This document shows, piece by piece, positions 60,434 to 64,000 of a stretch of 64,000 nucleotides of DNA (positions are counted from its first letter, which is position 1; every line of letters starts with the position of its first letter). The notes below the pieces were generated by a model. The model was given only the letters and a program-made list of their open reading frames with translations. It did no database searches and had not been told where the DNA came from. The stretch covers positions 256,001 through 320,000 of the forward strand of contig CAXXRD010000001.1 in NCBI GenBank assembly GCA_963663895.2, in the 5' to 3' direction. This DNA is from Dehalococcoidia bacterium (GTDB lineage: Bacteria; Chloroflexota; Dehalococcoidia; Bin125). The position numbers and the translations under genes were made by a program.

Positions 60434-61681
60434 CTAGCCCACGACCCCCTCGATCACCAGCTCGGCGATCTGCTCGTCGTCGTATCCCAACCACTGCGTC
60501 AGCACCTCGGCGCTATGTTGCCCCAACTCCGGCGCCACCCCCCGAATACACCCCGGCGTCTCCGTGAACGTGACCGGATGGTTCAGGTACGGCTGCGGTC
60601 CGTAGCGCGGATGATCGACCTCCACGACGTACTCATTCGCCTGCACCGCCGGGTCGGTGAGCAGATCCCCGACTTTCTGCACGCGATCGAAGATCAGGTC
60701 CGGTTGGGTTTTCAGCCGGCGTTCCCACTCCGCGAACGGCTCCGAGGCAAAGAGAGCGTCCAGCAGCGCGATCAGCGCGCGGCTGTTCTTCGCCCGCGCC
60801 TCGATCGAGCAGAACCGCTCATCGTCCACCAATGACTGCAATCCCATCGCCTCGCAGAACTTCGGCCAATCACGTTCCGCGTCGGTGATGCTCAGCATGA
60901 TCCAACGGTCGTCCGCACAGCGGTACCAGTTCGCGATGGGGCTCGCCGCCCTATCCCGATCGAAGCGCGGCCATTCGTCCATCCCCTTCAAGAACGCGTT
61001 GCCGATCCCCCAGTGCTGGATCCACAGCGTCGCTTGGATATGCGAGATCTCCACCCTTTGCCCGATCCCTTGACGCTCCCGCGCCCATAGCGCTCCCAGC
61101 ACCCCGTACGCCAGCAACGAGGCCCCCGCCATATCCGCCAGCGCCCGGTTGTTCCACTGCGGCGGATCCCCCGGCCTCCCGTTCGACCACATCAGCCCGC
61201 TCCGCGCCTGCCCCACCGGGTCGTACGCCGGCCGCTCCACCTCTTCGCCCTTAAACCCGTACCCGCATGCCGCCGCGTAGATAATCCGCGGGTTCACCTG
61301 CCGCAGCGCCTCGTACCCCACTCCCAGCCGGTCCAGCACCCCCGGGCGGAAGTTCTCCAGCAACACATCCGCCTCTTTGGCCAGCTCTTTCAGCAGCGCC
61401 ACGCCCCGCGCCTTCTTCAAGTCGACCGCCACCGATCGCTTGCTGCGATTCATCGTCTCGAACGTCGTCGCCTGCCCGTCCGGCAAGCGCAGGTCCATCC
61501 CGCCAGCGAAGATCATGGCCCGCGCCCCGTCCGGCGCCGTCGGACTCTCGATCTTGACCACGTCCGCTCCCAGGTCCCCCAGCATCACCCCGCACAGCGG
61601 CCCGAATCCCCAAGTCGAACACTCGACGACCTTGATCCCCTCCAGAATCCCAGCCGTCGGCGGTAGATCCGTCATCGTCAT
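60434..61681 (-). CDS. Family III CoA-transferase (CaiB/BaiF)
   Basis: GDLGADVVKIE, NRSKRS, ENFRPG, ALADM, APELGQH. Confidence 0.95.
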   Translation of the reverse strand: MTMTDLPPTAGILEGIKVVECSTWGFGPLCGVMLGDLGADVVKIESPTAPDGARAMIFAGGMDLRLPDGQATTFETMNRSKRSVAVDLKKARGVALLKELAKEADVLLENFRPGVLDRLGVGYEALRQVNPRIIYAAACGYGFKGEEVERPAYDPVGQARSGLMWSNGRPGDPPQWNNRALADMAGASLLAYGVLGALWARERQGIGQRVEISHIQATLWIQHWGIGNAFLKGMDEWPRFDRDRAASPIANWYRCADDRWIMLSITDAERDWPKFCEAMGLQSLVDDERFCSIEARAKNSRALIALLDALFASEPFAEWERRLKTQPDLIFDRVQKVGDLLTDPAVQANEYVVEVDHPRYGPQPYLNHPVTFTETPGCIRGVAPELGQHSAEVLTQWLGYDDEQIAELVIEGVVG

Positions 61682-62913
61682 GCCACTACCCCCGCAGCGA
61701 CCAACTCCGCGACCTGTTCTGCCTCATAGCCCAACTCCTCCTGCAAGACCTCACAGGTATGCTCGCCCAGCTCCGGCGCCACCCGCCGGATCGACGCCGG
61801 GGTCTCGGTCAACGTCACTGGATGGTTGAGGAACGGCAGTGATCCGTAGCGCGGATGGTCCACATCCACGATGTAGGCATTGGCTCGCACGGCCGGGTCC
61901 TCCAATAGATCCCCCACATGCTGCACGCGATCGAAGATCAGATCCGGCTGGGTGAGCAGCTGCCTCTCCCAGGCAGGGCGCGGCTGCGTCGCGAACACCT
62001 CATCCAGGACCCGGACCGCCTCCTCGCAGTGCTGCGCCCGAAGCTCCCGGCTCCGAAACCGGGCATCGTCCTGCAGATGCTGCAGCCCCATCGCCTCGCA
62101 GAACTTCGGCCAGTCCCGCTCGTCATCGGCGATGCTCAGCATGATCCACTCATCGTCCGCGCAGCGATACCAATTGAACATCGGGTTCGGCGCCTTCCGC
62201 CGGTCGAACCGCGGCCATTCGTACATCCCCTTCGCCAGCGCGTTCCCCACCCCCCAGTGCTGCAGCCACAGTGTCGCCATAATATGCGATACCTCCACGC
62301 GCTGCCCCACCCCGTGCTGCTCGCGCGCCGCGAGCGCCGCCAGAATCCCATAGGCCAGCGTCGCTCCACCGGACATGTCCGCCAGGGCCCGGTTGATCCA
62401 CACGGGGGGATCATCGGGAGTCCCCGCCGCCCACATCAGACCACTCCGCGCCGCCCCCACCGGATCGAAGGCCGGACGCTCCGTCTCCTCGCCTTTGAAT
62501 CCATACCCGCACGCCGCCGCGTAGATGATCCGCGGGTTCACCTGCCGCAGCGCCTCGTACCCCACTCCCAGCCGGTCCATCACCCCCGGCCGGTAATTCT
62601 CCAAGAAAATGTCGCCCCCCCGCACGAGCTCCTTGATGATCCGCACCCCTTCCGGTGACTTCAGATCAAGCGCCAGCGACCGCTTGTTGCGGTTCATCGT
62701 CTCGTACGTCACCCCACGACCGTCCGGCATCCGTTGATCCATCCCCCCACCCCACACCAGCGTGCGCGCCCCATCCGGCCTCGTGGGACTCTCGATCTTG
62801 ATCACGTCCGCCCCCAGATCCCCCAGCATCAATCCCGCCAAAGGCCCGAAGCCCCACGTCGAACACTCGATCACACGGATCCCGCCAAGTGGCTGCATCC
62901 CCTCGCTCATCAC
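61678..62913 (-). CDS. Family III CoA-transferase, tandem paralog
   Basis: Same motifs; stop overlaps the next start codon. Confidence 0.95.
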   Translation of the reverse strand: MMSEGMQPLGGIRVIECSTWGFGPLAGLMLGDLGADVIKIESPTRPDGARTLVWGGGMDQRMPDGRGVTYETMNRNKRSLALDLKSPEGVRIIKELVRGGDIFLENYRPGVMDRLGVGYEALRQVNPRIIYAAACGYGFKGEETERPAFDPVGAARSGLMWAAGTPDDPPVWINRALADMSGGATLAYGILAALAAREQHGVGQRVEVSHIMATLWLQHWGVGNALAKGMYEWPRFDRRKAPNPMFNWYRCADDEWIMLSIADDERDWPKFCEAMGLQHLQDDARFRSRELRAQHCEEAVRVLDEVFATQPRPAWERQLLTQPDLIFDRVQHVGDLLEDPAVRANAYIVDVDHPRYGSLPFLNHPVTLTETPASIRRVAPELGEHTCEVLQEELGYEAEQVAELVAAGVVA

Positions 62914-63051
62914 ACGCTCCTCTCACGGCGCTACGGGAGCGGCACCGCAAGCTCGGTCACCAAGCCAACCTTCGTACCGGCCTCCTGCCGCAACGCTAAT
63001 CGCTCAGTCAAGCCACCCGCGCCGAATAACGAAGCGCTCCCTCCGGTGGCC

Positions 63052-64000
63052 TCATCCTTTAGCGAACCGGTCGCCCCGGAACATGCCGATCGCGTGTGCC
63101 GTCGCGTCCGCCGTTGCAAGATCCGCCATGATCTCACCCACCACGCTCGCGAACTTGAAACCGTGTCCGGAAAATCCTGCCGCCACGGCCACCTCCGGAT
63201 GATCGGGATGCTGGTCCAAGATGAAGTGCTCATCGGACGTGTTCGTGAACAGGCATGCCTGCAGGGCTACCGTCTTCCCTGCTCCCGCCGGGAAATACCG
63301 CTCCACGAACGATCGCAGCACCGCCTCGTCCGCCGCTCGCGGCGTCCGATCCACCGTGTCCGGATCGCACGCCTCCTCTAGGTGGTGGTACCGCCCTACC
63401 TTGAACCCAGAGACGCCGTCGGCCTCCGGATACACCGGCAGGCCGTAAAAGTGCCCCTCCGGCACCGTCATGTTGAAAACCGGAAAGTGCGACGGCCGGA
63501 ACCACTCCGGGCGCGACGGCGCGAACCAGCCCAGCACCTGCCGCTCCGGCTGCAGCGATCCCGCCAACGGCTCCACGAGCTTCCCCGCCCAAGCCCCCGC
63601 CGTAATTACCAACCGCTCGGCGCGGTATTCCCCAGCTTCCGTCACGACCCGCACTCCGCTCCCATCTATCTCCCAACCCGCCAGCGCCTCGCCCGTGCGC
63701 ACCGTCGCCCCTAACGACCGTGCCGCCTCCACATAGGCAACGATGCAGCGCTCCGGGTCCAAGAACCCGCCTTGCGGTTGCAGCACGGCCATCGTCTCCG
63801 CCGGCAGCCGGTACGCAGGAAACCGCTCGTTCAGCTCCCTGCTCGACAGCACCGCATGCTCCAGCCGATGAAGCGCGCACGCCTTCCGCGACCCCTCGAA
63901 GATCCGATCGCCCCGTGGCCCCGCGTCGATCGAACCCGTAATTCGCAGTAACGAATTCCCACTCACCTCCTCGAGTTCCCGCCACAGATCGTACGCCCGC
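63052..64000 (-). CDS. solA: N-methyl-L-tryptophan oxidase / monomeric sarcosine oxidase (5' end outside window)
   Basis: ITAGAW, FYGLP, CLFTNTSDEHFILD, GFSGHGFKFASVVGE. Confidence 0.9.
   Translation of the reverse strand, partial: RAYDLWRELEEVSGNSLLRITGSIDAGPRGDRIFEGSRKACALHRLEHAVLSSRELNERFPAYRLPAETMAVLQPQGGFLDPERCIVAYVEAARSLGATVRTGEALAGWEIDGSGVRVVTEAGEYRAERLVITAGAWAGKLVEPLAGSLQPERQVLGWFAPSRPEWFRPSHFPVFNMTVPEGHFYGLPVYPEADGVSGFKVGRYHHLEEACDPDTVDRTPRAADEAVLRSFVERYFPAGAGKTVALQACLFTNTSDEHFILDQHPDHPEVAVAAGFSGHGFKFASVVGEIMADLATADATAHAIGMFRGDRFAKG

Overview
High-GC bacterial chromosome segment. Gene style suggests Chloroflexota/Dehalococcoidia, possibly host-associated; this is inference only. Most genes are housekeeping or metabolic: dut, a CLC channel, two cysteine desulfurases, nuoB-nuoI-nuoG-like, hisG, acsA, pth, mfd, rpiB, CoA-transferases and solA. 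The main accessory element is a complete compact type II-C CRISPR-Cas9 locus (12316-17766): tracrRNA, 1064-aa Cas9, cas1, cas2 and 12 repeats/11 spacers. Each repeat carries a full -35/17 bp/-10 promoter-like sequence, and the tracrRNA anti-repeat is split by an extra hairpin. Other notable structure: three damaged lipoprotein genes share a conserved ECF-type promoter/leader, two of them behind a tRNA-Pro gene and a decayed tRNA-Thr; a 6S-RNA-like ncRNA; a Cre-like recombinase remnant with its putative crossover site; an Mrr/EEP islet; and a ~200-bp direct-repeat integration scar around an FG-GAP gene. Several single-base frameshifts in otherwise intact genes (hisG, nuoI, VIT1) suggest assembly indels, so pseudogene calls need read-level checking. 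All family calls are by motif recognition; no database search was run.
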